The notes below the pieces were generated by a model. That model ran no database searches. It worked only from the letters and a program-made list of their open reading frames with translations, and had not been told where the DNA came from. DNA of 17,808 nucleotides. It comes from a virus (Duplodnaviria > Heunggongvirae > Uroviricota > Caudoviricetes). This document shows positions 6,258 to 14,090 of the stretch, in pieces. A program made the translations under genes and the position numbers. The stretch spans positions 64,001 to 81,808 of IMG/VR virus record IMGVR_UViG_3300028840_001168. One strand, 5' to 3'. The first letter of the stretch is position 1; every line of letters begins with the position of its first letter.

Positions 6258-6268
6258 TGTGGTAAGGT
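6241..6268 (+). promoter_or_regulatory. sigma70-type promoter P7, TTGACA-N16-TAAGGT with TGTGG extended -10
   Basis: About 30 nt upstream of the RBS and ATG 6301. Confidence 0.8.
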
Positions 6269-6300
6269 ATTGGTAGTGACACAAACACAGGAGCGAAACG

Positions 6301-6645
6301 ATGAGAAGCTACCTCTACTACCACGAGGAAGAGGATTTCTGCGGCAAGTGGTACGCAGAGATCGAGATCGACTACGACGCCTGGGCGGGCGAGCCTATGG
6401 TTCGCTACTACCCGAACGGTGATGGCTACCCTGGCAGCCCTCCAGGCTGCGAGATCACTAGCGCTCGCGTAGTCCACCTGGAGTGCGACAAGCACGTCTA
6501 CTTCAACGACCTGCTCAGCCGGGAGGCGTACGACGCCGCATGGCTGAAGATGCTCGACGAGAAGGCCCTCGACTGGGTCGATGGCCTGGACCTTGACGAA
6601 GAACTCCTAACAGCGGCCGACGCCGCAGACGGGTATGACCGATGA
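6301..6645 (+). CDS. Acidic hypothetical protein (114 aa)
   Basis: CAGGAG RBS; ATGA coupling to the next gene. Confidence 0.82.
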   Translation: MRSYLYYHEEEDFCGKWYAEIEIDYDAWAGEPMVRYYPNGDGYPGSPPGCEITSARVVHLECDKHVYFNDLLSREAYDAAWLKMLDEKALDWVDGLDLDEELLTAADAADGYDR

Positions 6646-6899
6646 ACGCAGCAACACTTCAAGGATTCATTGACACGGCCATCGGGCAACTCGACCACCT
6701 GGACCCGATCCTCGGCTATGACCTCCAGTGGGTCTGTGCCGTCCGGCCGATCGACAACGGGCAACTCAAGGTCATCTATGACGAGTGCCTGAAGCGGGCC
6801 AACGAGTGGCCGGGCGGGTCGACCGTCCGCATGGCTTGGAACAACGTACTCGACTGCTTGATCGAGATCAGTCACAGTACCGTGAAGGGCGGCATCTAA
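6642..6899 (+). CDS. Hypothetical protein (85 aa)
   Basis: ATGA overlap with the upstream gene. Confidence 0.75.
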   Translation: MNAATLQGFIDTAIGQLDHLDPILGYDLQWVCAVRPIDNGQLKVIYDECLKRANEWPGGSTVRMAWNNVLDCLIEISHSTVKGGI

Positions 6900-6953
6900 G
6901 TGACGCGACGGTGGAAACCGCCACCCCGCCACGATAATTTTCTGAAACTGCGT

Positions 6954-6981
6954 TTGACAACTGCCCAGGGTGTGGTATGAT
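6954..6981 (+). promoter_or_regulatory. sigma70-type promoter P8, TTGACA-N16-TATGAT with TGTGG extended -10
   Basis: About 40 nt upstream of ATG 7022. Confidence 0.87.
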
Positions 6982-7021
6982 TGGGTAGTTGACGAACGAC
7001 ACTACTAACCTGGAGACAACC

Positions 7022-8383
7022 ATGAACCTTCTGATTCAAAACCCCGGTGTCGCCCCGATCGAAAGCTACACGCTCCTCGGTGCCAGTGGCAGCCGCGACA
7101 ACAACGACGTCAACGGCAAGTTCGGCTCGGGCAACAAGCTCGGGATCACCTGCCTGCTCCGTAAGGGCCACAAGGTCACCGTGTACGCCGGCACCGACCG
7201 GCTGGTATACGGCACCCGGGAGGCCGAGTTCGAGGGCAAGCCCTGCAAGCGCGTCACCCTTTCGATCAACGGCAAGAAGCCCGTCGACCTCGGGTGGACC
7301 TTGGACTGGGGCTGCGTCGACTGGACCCACACCCACATGGGCTTGCGGGAGCTGGTCGTCAACGCCCTGGACGCCTCGATCAAGGGCCGTGGCTACAAGG
7401 CCGACCTGCAAACGGGCGACCTCAAGGTCGCGCTGGACCCGACCAAGCCCCGTGCCAAAGGCGGCTTCACCAGGGTTTACGTCGAAGTCAACGAGGACGT
7501 CGAGCAGTTCGTCGAAGAGCTGCCCAAGCGGTTCCTCCACTTCACCGACACGCCCCTGGACCAGGTCATCCTGCCCAAGGCGGGCCGAGAGCTGTCCGAT
7601 GGCGGTCGCCCGATGATTTACCTGTGCGGTGTGTACGTCTGCGAGCTGCCTGGCGAAGCCGGCATCTATGACTACAACTTCCAGGCCGGCGGCATTGAGA
7701 TCGACGAGTGCCGGAACTCGAACGAGTACAGCGTGCGGGGAGCGATCGCCAAGCTCCTCCGGCGGGCCTCGGCCGCCGAGCTGGCCCCGATCTTCGAGGC
7801 CATCGGCCAAGGCAAGGTCACGATGGAGGCCAAGCTCGATCCCTACTACCTGTGCCCCTCATGGGACACGCCCAGGGACGTCGAGAAGGCCAACTGGCAG
7901 GCCGCCTGGAAGCAGGCCCACGGTGACGCCGTGGTCACGCCCTCGGACTCCCGCAGCCTGGAGTACGTCCAGCGCAAGGGACTCCGGGCGAAGTCGATCG
8001 ACTCCAGCGGCTGGCGGGAGAGCCTCCAGCGCTTCGGGATCAAGGCCGACTCGGACGTGCTAAGCGCGGGCGAGATGGTCGGTCGCATCCCGTGCGGGGT
8101 GGACGTCGCCACCTACAACAGCTTCACGACCTTTTGGTCGCGTGCCAAGGAGGGTGGTATGACAGACGGGAAGGATTCCCCGGTGGTGGCTGGCTTCCGC
8201 GAAGACAAGCACACCACCAACGTCTACGTTGAGGGCGACACGGTCTTCGTCAAGGCGGGCCTAGACGGTCTGGATACCTGCAAGGCCATCCTGGAAGGGA
8301 TCGCCGAGTACGTCACCGGTGCCGGCACCCTGACCGGACGCTTCCAAGACTGGGCTTTCACTTTCCTGCTTGAGGTCCTTTGA
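7022..8383 (+). CDS. GHKL (HATPase_c-like) ATPase-domain protein, motif order apparently circularly permuted (453 aa)
   Basis: GKFGSGNK (ATP lid) near the N-terminus, LRELVVNALDA (N-box) about 100 aa later, then GFTRVYV. Start at ATG 7022 with a GGAG RBS. Confidence 0.75.
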   Translation: MNLLIQNPGVAPIESYTLLGASGSRDNNDVNGKFGSGNKLGITCLLRKGHKVTVYAGTDRLVYGTREAEFEGKPCKRVTLSINGKKPVDLGWTLDWGCVDWTHTHMGLRELVVNALDASIKGRGYKADLQTGDLKVALDPTKPRAKGGFTRVYVEVNEDVEQFVEELPKRFLHFTDTPLDQVILPKAGRELSDGGRPMIYLCGVYVCELPGEAGIYDYNFQAGGIEIDECRNSNEYSVRGAIAKLLRRASAAELAPIFEAIGQGKVTMEAKLDPYYLCPSWDTPRDVEKANWQAAWKQAHGDAVVTPSDSRSLEYVQRKGLRAKSIDSSGWRESLQRFGIKADSDVLSAGEMVGRIPCGVDVATYNSFTTFWSRAKEGGMTDGKDSPVVAGFREDKHTTNVYVEGDTVFVKAGLDGLDTCKAILEGIAEYVTGAGTLTGRFQDWAFTFLLEVL

Positions 8384-8482
8384 TCCAAGGGGCCCGGCTT
8401 GATCACCGGGTTAGCCCCGGCCACGTTTTCTCTCGTGGCGTGGCCGGGGCCCCTTACTTACTTACTTAGGAGAACTGCCATG
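8381..8482 (+). other. Structured intergenic element 1
   Basis: 12-bp perfect stem GCCCCGGCCACG/CGTGGCCGGGGC (8414-8425, 8439-8450); alternative pairing AAGGGGCCC/GGGCCCCTT (8387-8395, 8447-8455); (CTTA)x4 at 8453-8468 before the RBS. Confidence 0.7.
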
Positions 8483-8806
8483 CGTTATCAACTTACACAC
8501 GCCGAACACCACAAACCCACCCGGGAGCAGATCCTGCCCTGTCGCGGAGTGTCATTCTACCGAGGGGTCATTATTATGTGGGACGAGGACCACGACCCCC
8601 GCGTACAGCAGGTGGTGGACCAGCTACTCCCCACACAGAAGGACAACCTCGTAGCCATCCAAGAGCACGAAGCGAGCCTTAGCCTTGTTGTCAAGGACCC
8701 GACGCGGGCCCCGTCAGAGTACGACGAGTTTGAAGTAGACTTCGGCGGTGACATTTTCAACGTCTACGAAGTCATTCCAGTCTATGGCTATTGGGCTCAC
8801 TCATGA
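8480..8806 (+). CDS. Hypothetical protein (108 aa)
   Basis: Start moved to ATG 8480 with an AGGAGA RBS. Confidence 0.8.
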   Translation: MRYQLTHAEHHKPTREQILPCRGVSFYRGVIIMWDEDHDPRVQQVVDQLLPTQKDNLVAIQEHEASLSLVVKDPTRAPSEYDEFEVDFGGDIFNVYEVIPVYGYWAHS

Positions 8807-8899
8807 TCCAAGGGGTGTGCGCGGGTGGGCCGTGACGACGAGAGTCGGCATGGCCGCCACGGCGGCACCCTTTCCTTCTTACCCTGGAGAACTACCATG
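8804..8899 (+). other. Structured intergenic element 2
   Basis: Same boundaries as element 1 (TGATCCAAGGGG ... GGAGAACTRCCATG); stem GGGTG-G-GCCGTG / CACGGC-GG-CACCC (8823-8834, 8858-8870). Confidence 0.62.
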
Positions 8900-9220
8900 A
8901 CCGTGATCCACCACATCACTGCGTCAGCCGAGACCCTTATGAAACAAGGCTCGATGACGGCCCATGACTATTTGTATGAGGGCATACACTGCATCGACGG
9001 TATGTTGGGCGAGGGCTACGCCAAGAAGAACCCAGTGCTGTTAGCTGGGTTCATCCAGGCGGCTTCACTGGACTGCTCGGCAGCCACCATCGCTGCCCAG
9101 ATCCGGGCAGGGCTCGAAGACTCTGGCCCTGATTACCTCAGTCAAATGGGCCAGACGTTGTCGCTCGATAATATCGCATCGGCCCTCAAGGAAGTCGCAG
9201 AGGCTATCCACGAGTCATGA
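8897..9220 (+). CDS. Hypothetical phage protein (107 aa; IDGMLGEGYAKKNPVLLAGFIQAA)
   Basis: Start moved to ATG 8897 with a GGAGA RBS; ATGA coupling downstream. Confidence 0.82.
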   Translation: MTVIHHITASAETLMKQGSMTAHDYLYEGIHCIDGMLGEGYAKKNPVLLAGFIQAASLDCSAATIAAQIRAGLEDSGPDYLSQMGQTLSLDNIASALKEVAEAIHES

Positions 9221-9783
9221 AAACCTTCCTGACGGCAGACCTGCACTTCGGTTGCGAGAACCTGCGAAAGCATACTCGCTCGGAGTACGAGACCATCGAG
9301 GATCACGACGCCGCGATCTTTACCAATATCAACCGGGCGGTCGATAGGCGGGACCGGCTCGTGATCCTCGGTGACTTCTGCCTCAAGCGCCCCGGCCGCT
9401 ATCGCCAGCACATCAACTGCCGGCACATCTTCTTCGTCCTGGGTAACCACGACAAGCCCCAGCAGATCCGGGACGTCTTCGGCTGCAACGTCTGGCAGAC
9501 CAAGTACGTCAAGCTGGAGCGGGGCAACATCTTCTGCTCCCACTTCCCGCACGCCTACTGGCACAACAGCCACTACGGCAGCTACCATGCGTACGGCCAC
9601 CTGCACTACAACATAGAGCATGAGGATCGCATGGACCTAGCCTTCCCGCAGCGCCGCTCGATGGACGTTGGGATCGACAGCGCAAAGAGAATCCTCGGAG
9701 AACACCGACCGTTCTCCGAGGATGAATTCTTCAACTACTTACGGCTTCAAGAAGGCCACGGGCTAGTGCGGAAGGGCGGTTAA
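9217..9783 (+). CDS. Calcineurin-like metallophosphoesterase (188 aa)
   Basis: Motifs ADLHFG, ILGDF, GNHD, HFP, GHLH and MDVGID. Confidence 0.92.
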   Translation: MKTFLTADLHFGCENLRKHTRSEYETIEDHDAAIFTNINRAVDRRDRLVILGDFCLKRPGRYRQHINCRHIFFVLGNHDKPQQIRDVFGCNVWQTKYVKLERGNIFCSHFPHAYWHNSHYGSYHAYGHLHYNIEHEDRMDLAFPQRRSMDVGIDSAKRILGEHRPFSEDEFFNYLRLQEGHGLVRKGG

Positions 9784-9960
9784 GCACCAAGGGCAGTAGT
9801 TCAAGACTGTGCAGCCACAAGCCCGCTCCCACCGCATGACGTGACGGTAGTTGGTCAGCACTTTGACCGACCCATCCACTTCAATGGACTTCCGCATGGC
9901 CTCACAGCAGGCTTTGTGGTCGTCTGGCCGGTGGTTGTACTCGAAGTCATTATTGAACAC
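9763..9960 (-). CDS. Small Cys-rich protein (65 aa; CC, CGC, YCPWC), possible Zn-binding
   Basis: GTG start with a GGAGGAG RBS; 21-nt convergent overlap with the phosphoesterase. Confidence 0.65.
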   Translation of the reverse strand: MFNNDFEYNHRPDDHKACCEAMRKSIEVDGSVKVLTNYRHVMRWERACGCTVLNYCPWCLTALPH

Positions 9961-10318
9961 TGATCTCCTCCAACTCTTCGGTGATGGCCATGATCAGGCT
10001 CTTCATCTCGACGGTCAGGTCGCGGTACTCGCCGTCGTCATCCTTGTACGCCTTGACCGACCGCCACTTGTTGACGACCTTGGCCAGGGCCGAGGGCTCG
10101 GCCGTCAGGTCGTTGCGGGTGGTGGCCTTGTCGAAGTCATCCAGGCCACAGTCGGCCAGGAACCAGACCTGCCCCTTGGTTTGCCACCAGGGGAGGGACT
10201 CCGACTCGATGCTCTTGTCGATCAGATCGCACACGCCATGAGCCACGGCACACCGGACGTTCTCCGGCATGTGGCCCTTGAGCGCTCGCACGAAGGCGAT
10301 CATCTCCTTCATGTTCAT
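9950..10318 (-). CDS. Hypothetical protein (122 aa)
   Basis: ATG 10318 overlaps the upstream stop (ATGA); AAAGGA RBS. Confidence 0.78.
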   Translation of the reverse strand: MNMKEMIAFVRALKGHMPENVRCAVAHGVCDLIDKSIESESLPWWQTKGQVWFLADCGLDDFDKATTRNDLTAEPSALAKVVNKWRSVKAYKDDDGEYRDLTVEMKSLIMAITEELEEISVQ

Positions 10319-10548
10319 TCGATCACACATCCTTTCTGTCGTTTGAACTCGCCCTTCTGCCCTCGCATGTGGCGGGGGTGCATGAGCGACAGGCGGGTAT
10401 GGACGGCCGGAGCAAACAGCACATGCTTACCAACAGCCCCGCAGCCCGGGCAACACTGCCGGTCGTCTGCGAAGTCCTTAATCGTGAGCTGTTTCTCGTA
10501 GCGCAGGCCGCACTCTTCGTCCGGACACTGGAATTCATACATCGGCAT
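10315..10548 (-). CDS. FmdB-family zinc-ribbon protein (77 aa)
   Basis: MPMYEFQC...C...CPGCG signature; AGGAGA RBS; start moved to 10548. Confidence 0.85.
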   Translation of the reverse strand: MPMYEFQCPDEECGLRYEKQLTIKDFADDRQCCPGCGAVGKHVLFAPAVHTRLSLMHPRHMRGQKGEFKRQKGCVIE

Positions 10549-10765
10549 CAGCGGTCTCCTCATAGGTAACCTTAGGACGCTTCCCTGCAAAACGGTAGAG
10601 GGCCTCCATGTCATCTTGATAGACAGATGTCTCAAGCTGGTCGGCCAGGTACACGCACCAGCAGACCTCGCACTTGTTCTTGGGCCGCACCGGTTTGCGG
10701 AACGTACGCTTCTTGTCGTGCGTCCCGCAGGCCATCAGGGCACCATGTCGCATGATCGCTTTCAT
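10535..10765 (-). CDS. Hypothetical protein (76 aa) with CxxH/CxxC motifs
   Basis: ATGA coupling with the upstream gene. Confidence 0.7.
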   Translation of the reverse strand: MKAIMRHGALMACGTHDKKRTFRKPVRPKNKCEVCWCVYLADQLETSVYQDDMEALYRFAGKRPKVTYEETADADV

Positions 10766-11004
10766 TCGTTGATCACAATCAATCTGGCGGTGTGCAGCAG
10801 GGTCACCCGCTGCCGATCGCCCTGGGCCTCGATAGTGTGCTCGGCTCCGTACCGGTGCCGCTCACGCTCTCGTATGGAGCTGACACGGGCTGACGACAGC
10901 CACATGCCGCTACCCCGGCGGACCGGGAAGGCGACCAGGTCGCCCACCTTAATCGTCCGCCCGGTGTAGTCCTTCGGGTCGTACTTACCTTCGTACTCTG
11001 ACAT
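10762..11004 (-). CDS. Hypothetical protein (80 aa), KOW/SH3-like (GRTIKVGDLVAF)
   Basis: Start moved to ATG 11004 with a GAGGAG RBS. Confidence 0.78.
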   Translation of the reverse strand: MSEYEGKYDPKDYTGRTIKVGDLVAFPVRRGSGMWLSSARVSSIRERERHRYGAEHTIEAQGDRQRVTLLHTARLIVINE

Positions 11005-11707
11005 TGTGCTCCTCTGCGATCTTTTCACAATAGAGTGGGTCGAGTTCGACGAGTAGCGCATTCACCTCGCATCGAGGGGCCACCCGTGCCAATGTGCCGC
11101 TCCCGGCGAACAGATCACATACTGTGTCGCCAGGTTCACAGCAAAGTCTTATGCAGCGCTCGTAGAGACCCTCGTGAAGCTGGGTCTTGTGCCACGCTCG
11201 CCGCTGCTTGGAGTTGCCGGTCACCCGGGGGAAGTCGAACACGTCGCCCGGCACTCGCCCCTTGGGGTCGGCTCGCTTGTCACCGTTGAGTTGCCTCCAG
11301 GAAGGCACCCGCACGGCGTCGGGGTACAGCTTGGTCCCCTTCTTCATCAGCCGCACCAGCGGCCGGTGGTTGTTGCCCAGGTCGTGCTTGTTGTGTTGCC
11401 CGAACGTGAACGTCTGGACGCACGGCTTGGCTTCCCAGGCACCGAGTTCGAGAAGGACGAAGTCGTCGATCAGGCTGCCGACCATGAACGTATGCTTGGC
11501 GTTGTAGGATAGCCAGAACACGTCACACTTCTTTGTTGCGTGCCAGATCAGATCCCACAGCCAGAGACGGTAGTCCGCAGGGTTTATCGTGTCCTTGTAG
11601 TCATTGTACTTCAGACCGATGTTGTCCGGCGGGTCGGCGAAGATCATGCGGACCGGCCGCATCTCCTTCAGTACCTCAACGCAATCTCGGTTCAGTAGCG
11701 TGATCAT
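10985..11707 (-). CDS. Beta-class N6-adenine/N4-cytosine DNA methyltransferase-like protein (240 aa)
   Basis: DCVEVL, catalytic-position FADPPDN, VTGNSKQR..HKTQ, and SAM-binding DLFAGSGT near the C-terminus (beta motif order). Confidence 0.88.
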   Translation of the reverse strand: MITLLNRDCVEVLKEMRPVRMIFADPPDNIGLKYNDYKDTINPADYRLWLWDLIWHATKKCDVFWLSYNAKHTFMVGSLIDDFVLLELGAWEAKPCVQTFTFGQHNKHDLGNNHRPLVRLMKKGTKLYPDAVRVPSWRQLNGDKRADPKGRVPGDVFDFPRVTGNSKQRRAWHKTQLHEGLYERCIRLCCEPGDTVCDLFAGSGTLARVAPRCEVNALLVELDPLYCEKIAEEHNVRVRR

Positions 11708-11892
11708 CAGTCCCGTCCCCGGTCTATGTTGACGAAGTAAGCCTTGTTCCCGGCACGCAGCTCGTACTCGTAGAGCACCTCGTCCTTCCAGCGGTAGACG
11801 TAGCGCCCTTCCTCGGTAATGTTCAGCATTGAAGTAGTAGCCTTCTCACCCTTGCAGGGACCGTCCATAAACTCTACAAAGTTAGCTACCAT
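11707..11892 (-). CDS. Hypothetical protein (61 aa; F.DGPCKG motif)
   Basis: TGATG coupling; start 11892 favoured by GAGG spacing (11901 alternative). Confidence 0.72.
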   Translation of the reverse strand: MVANFVEFMDGPCKGEKATTSMLNITEEGRYVYRWKDEVLYEYELRAGNKAYFVNIDRGRD

Positions 11893-12124
11893 CGGCGTCA
11901 TCCTCAGTCACTTTCCGCACTATCAAGTGCAATTCAGGTACATAGGTTCCAGCAACAAACTCGTCGTCTTTGTCAATGAACGTCACCACGAGATCCAGGC
12001 ACGGGCAGTCCATCTCTTCAGCGTCCTTCGCCAGGTTCTCGAAGTGGGCCCACAGATGCTCAGCGTAGTCGAGCACTTCACTGTTGTCGACCACCAGCCT
12101 CGGCTTACTGGGTTCGTGGAGCAA
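11882..12124 (-). CDS. Acidic hypothetical protein (80 aa)
   Basis: TTG start at 12124 with an AAGGAGG RBS 6 nt upstream. Confidence 0.72.
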   Translation of the reverse strand: MLHEPSKPRLVVDNSEVLDYAEHLWAHFENLAKDAEEMDCPCLDLVVTFIDKDDEFVAGTYVPELHLIVRKVTEDDADGS

Positions 12125-12362
12125 GATCCACCTCCTTCGGCAGCCGCTTGTTGATGCCGAGGACGGCCTTGATAAGCGACTTGGCTTCGCTCCGGGTCCA
12201 GGCTTCCACTGCCCCCTTCTGGCCGTCATACTCCCAGTCCCAGATCGGAGTGATACGGGCCACCTTGTTGTTACGGGCCACGACGCGGCGGGCGTACTCG
12301 ACCCACTTGCGCCTCTGGGTGGCCTTCCGTTCCGGTTGGATGTTGATCCGTTTCCCTACCAT
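12105..12362 (-). CDS. Basic hypothetical protein (85 aa)
   Basis: GAAAGGGG RBS; overlaps both neighbours. Confidence 0.75.
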   Translation of the reverse strand: MVGKRINIQPERKATQRRKWVEYARRVVARNNKVARITPIWDWEYDGQKGAVEAWTRSEAKSLIKAVLGINKRLPKEVDLAPRTQ

Positions 12363-12823
12363 TGAGGTCCCCTTTCAAAGATGAAGCCGTCGTACTTACG
12401 GCCGTACATACTAAAGAAGTCCCGCTTAATCCCAGTCGCCTGGAACCCTTGGAACTTCAGGAATGTGCTCACGTCGTCTGGGTCGCCCGGGAGGCATTGG
12501 ATCTCAGGGATCACAGTCTCCAGGGAGGAGGACTTAGTGGCGGACCGTAGGTCCTCTGCCCTGTGCAGTAGCCGCTTGGCGGCACCTAGCCCTCGGAACC
12601 TTTTGATGACCCCAAGCCGATGTATCCGGAGGTTCTCCCCGTACGGCTCAAGTATGGAGAAGCCTATCGGCCTGGCCCCAATCTTAACCATGTTGACAAC
12701 GCACGATGAATCGACAAGGGCATGCGCCCATCCTTCCTGGGGCACAGGGTAGAAGTAGCACTTCACGTCCAAGTCTCGAACGACGCTAATGTCTTTTGCA
12801 GTCGCCGCGACAACTTTCATCAT
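12356..12823 (-). CDS. GNAT-family N-acetyltransferase, RimI-like (155 aa)
   Basis: IHRLGVIKRFRGLGAAKRLL (acetyl-CoA binding motif A); FLKFQGF and RDFF..Y.DG pattern like RimI. Confidence 0.85.
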   Translation of the reverse strand: MMKVVAATAKDISVVRDLDVKCYFYPVPQEGWAHALVDSSCVVNMVKIGARPIGFSILEPYGENLRIHRLGVIKRFRGLGAAKRLLHRAEDLRSATKSSSLETVIPEIQCLPGDPDDVSTFLKFQGFQATGIKRDFFSMYGRKYDGFIFERGPQW

Positions 12824-13797
12824 CTGCGATAACCTCCTTTCAGACCCTGCCAGATTGGGTCATCGTCTTCCCTCATGTCCTCGACCACCATATCGAGAAC
12901 TTCACAACGGGCATCGCTTTCTTCCCTTGTCCTGTCGGTAAAGATGTGGCCGGAGCAGATCGTCCGCCAGCAGTCCTGGAGCCTCTTGACCAGGTCCAGT
13001 TGCCAACCCTGTGAGATGCGGGCACGCTGGTTGGCCACCCGCAGCAGTGGCATAGGGTCGGCCGGCTTGGCGGTGATCTGGTCGATACGGGCGACCATGT
13101 CCACAGTACCAGGCTCCTCACCGGCCATCCAGCCGTAGATGGCTAGCTGGTCTGCCCAGTCCTTGTTGGCCTCTTCGAGATAGTGGCTGCCGATCGTCAG
13201 TCCCTTGAAGAACTTCGGCTTGTAGTCCTTATGGGGGTTCCCGTTGTTACGGCTGGGCTTGAGCATGTCCTGCCCGTCCCGGACCATCGCGTACAGCTTC
13301 TTGGGGCTGGTCGTCCGCTTCGAGCAGTACCCGGACACCTTCCAGTCCAGCATGACGTGAGCGCCGCTGGCGTGGATGAAGCGGCAGTCGGGTTTACCCT
13401 TCAGGGGAACCCCGCCGACCTCGCCCGTCGCATCGAACTCGAACTGCGGCGGCTCGCCTGCCTGCCCCAGCTCCACCAGCAGCTCATCGTAGGCCCCGGT
13501 GTACTTGTAGCAGTTGAAGACGTGCCGGCCGGCGGTGCGAGCCCAGTCACGTACATGCTCTTCCACCTGGGACTCCATCAGGGCGTCCAGCTCGTACGCC
13601 GGATCAGACCCCTCCCCGAACAGGTCCTTGTGGAGGGCGGCTTTGACGTAGGCGTCGAAGGCAGAGCCCACAGCCATAGCCTCAGTCTGAGGCTCGTAGA
13701 TGGGCTTCGTGCTCGCCAGGTAGTGGACGTAGAAGGCTTCCCGATCGGACTCCCATTTGCCCAGGGCTGATGGCGACAGTCGGTCAGGCATTCTCAT
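12820..13797 (-). CDS. PD-(D/E)XK superfamily (RecB/Cas4-like) exonuclease (325 aa)
   Basis: LSPSAL, AMAVGSAFD, KGKPD, LDWK and QLAIY motifs. Confidence 0.85.
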   Translation of the reverse strand: MRMPDRLSPSALGKWESDREAFYVHYLASTKPIYEPQTEAMAVGSAFDAYVKAALHKDLFGEGSDPAYELDALMESQVEEHVRDWARTAGRHVFNCYKYTGAYDELLVELGQAGEPPQFEFDATGEVGGVPLKGKPDCRFIHASGAHVMLDWKVSGYCSKRTTSPKKLYAMVRDGQDMLKPSRNNGNPHKDYKPKFFKGLTIGSHYLEEANKDWADQLAIYGWMAGEEPGTVDMVARIDQITAKPADPMPLLRVANQRARISQGWQLDLVKRLQDCWRTICSGHIFTDRTREESDARCEVLDMVVEDMREDDDPIWQGLKGGYRR

Positions 13798-14090
13798 AAC
13801 GGTCTCCGATCGTAGAGTCTGATGTACTCGCCCTGCTCCTTGCGGCGTGGGCGTTGATAAGGTTTCAGGTTCAACTGGCGCTTCTTGTCCAGCCGCTTGG
13901 TCTTGGTCGGGTCATCGTTACCCTCGAAGACGTCCGGCGGGTACTTGGCCAGGGCCTTCTGTGCCGAGACCAGCGTCAGGTGACGACCGGCCCCGGTCAC
14001 GTTTCCGTTACTAAACTCTACCTCAGCAACGAAAGCAAGTCCAGCCTTGAAGATACGTTTATCCTTAATATCTCGGCCGGTTAGCTTCAT
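13794..14090 (-). CDS. Basic hypothetical protein (98 aa)
   Basis: ATGA coupling on both sides. Confidence 0.72.
   Translation of the reverse strand: MKLTGRDIKDKRIFKAGLAFVAEVEFSNGNVTGAGRHLTLVSAQKALAKYPPDVFEGNDDPTKTKRLDKKRQLNLKPYQRPRRKEQGEYIRLYDRRPL

Noticed and set aside
6896-7810. 304-aa minus-strand ORF and other alternative-frame ORFs over the ATPase, nuclease and ligase
   Set aside because: High-GC shadow ORFs overlapping genes with clear motifs.
9217-9783. Phosphoesterase motif variants (HFGC, YGHLH), and HAD DLDDV at 16955-17554
   Set aside because: The metal-binding D/H/N residues and the DxD nucleophile are retained, which is within normal family variation.
12820-13797. Cas4 as part of a CRISPR system
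   Set aside because: No cas1, cas2 or array, and the four-Cys Fe-S pattern of Cas4 is not evident; best treated as a generic phage PD-(D/E)XK exonuclease.
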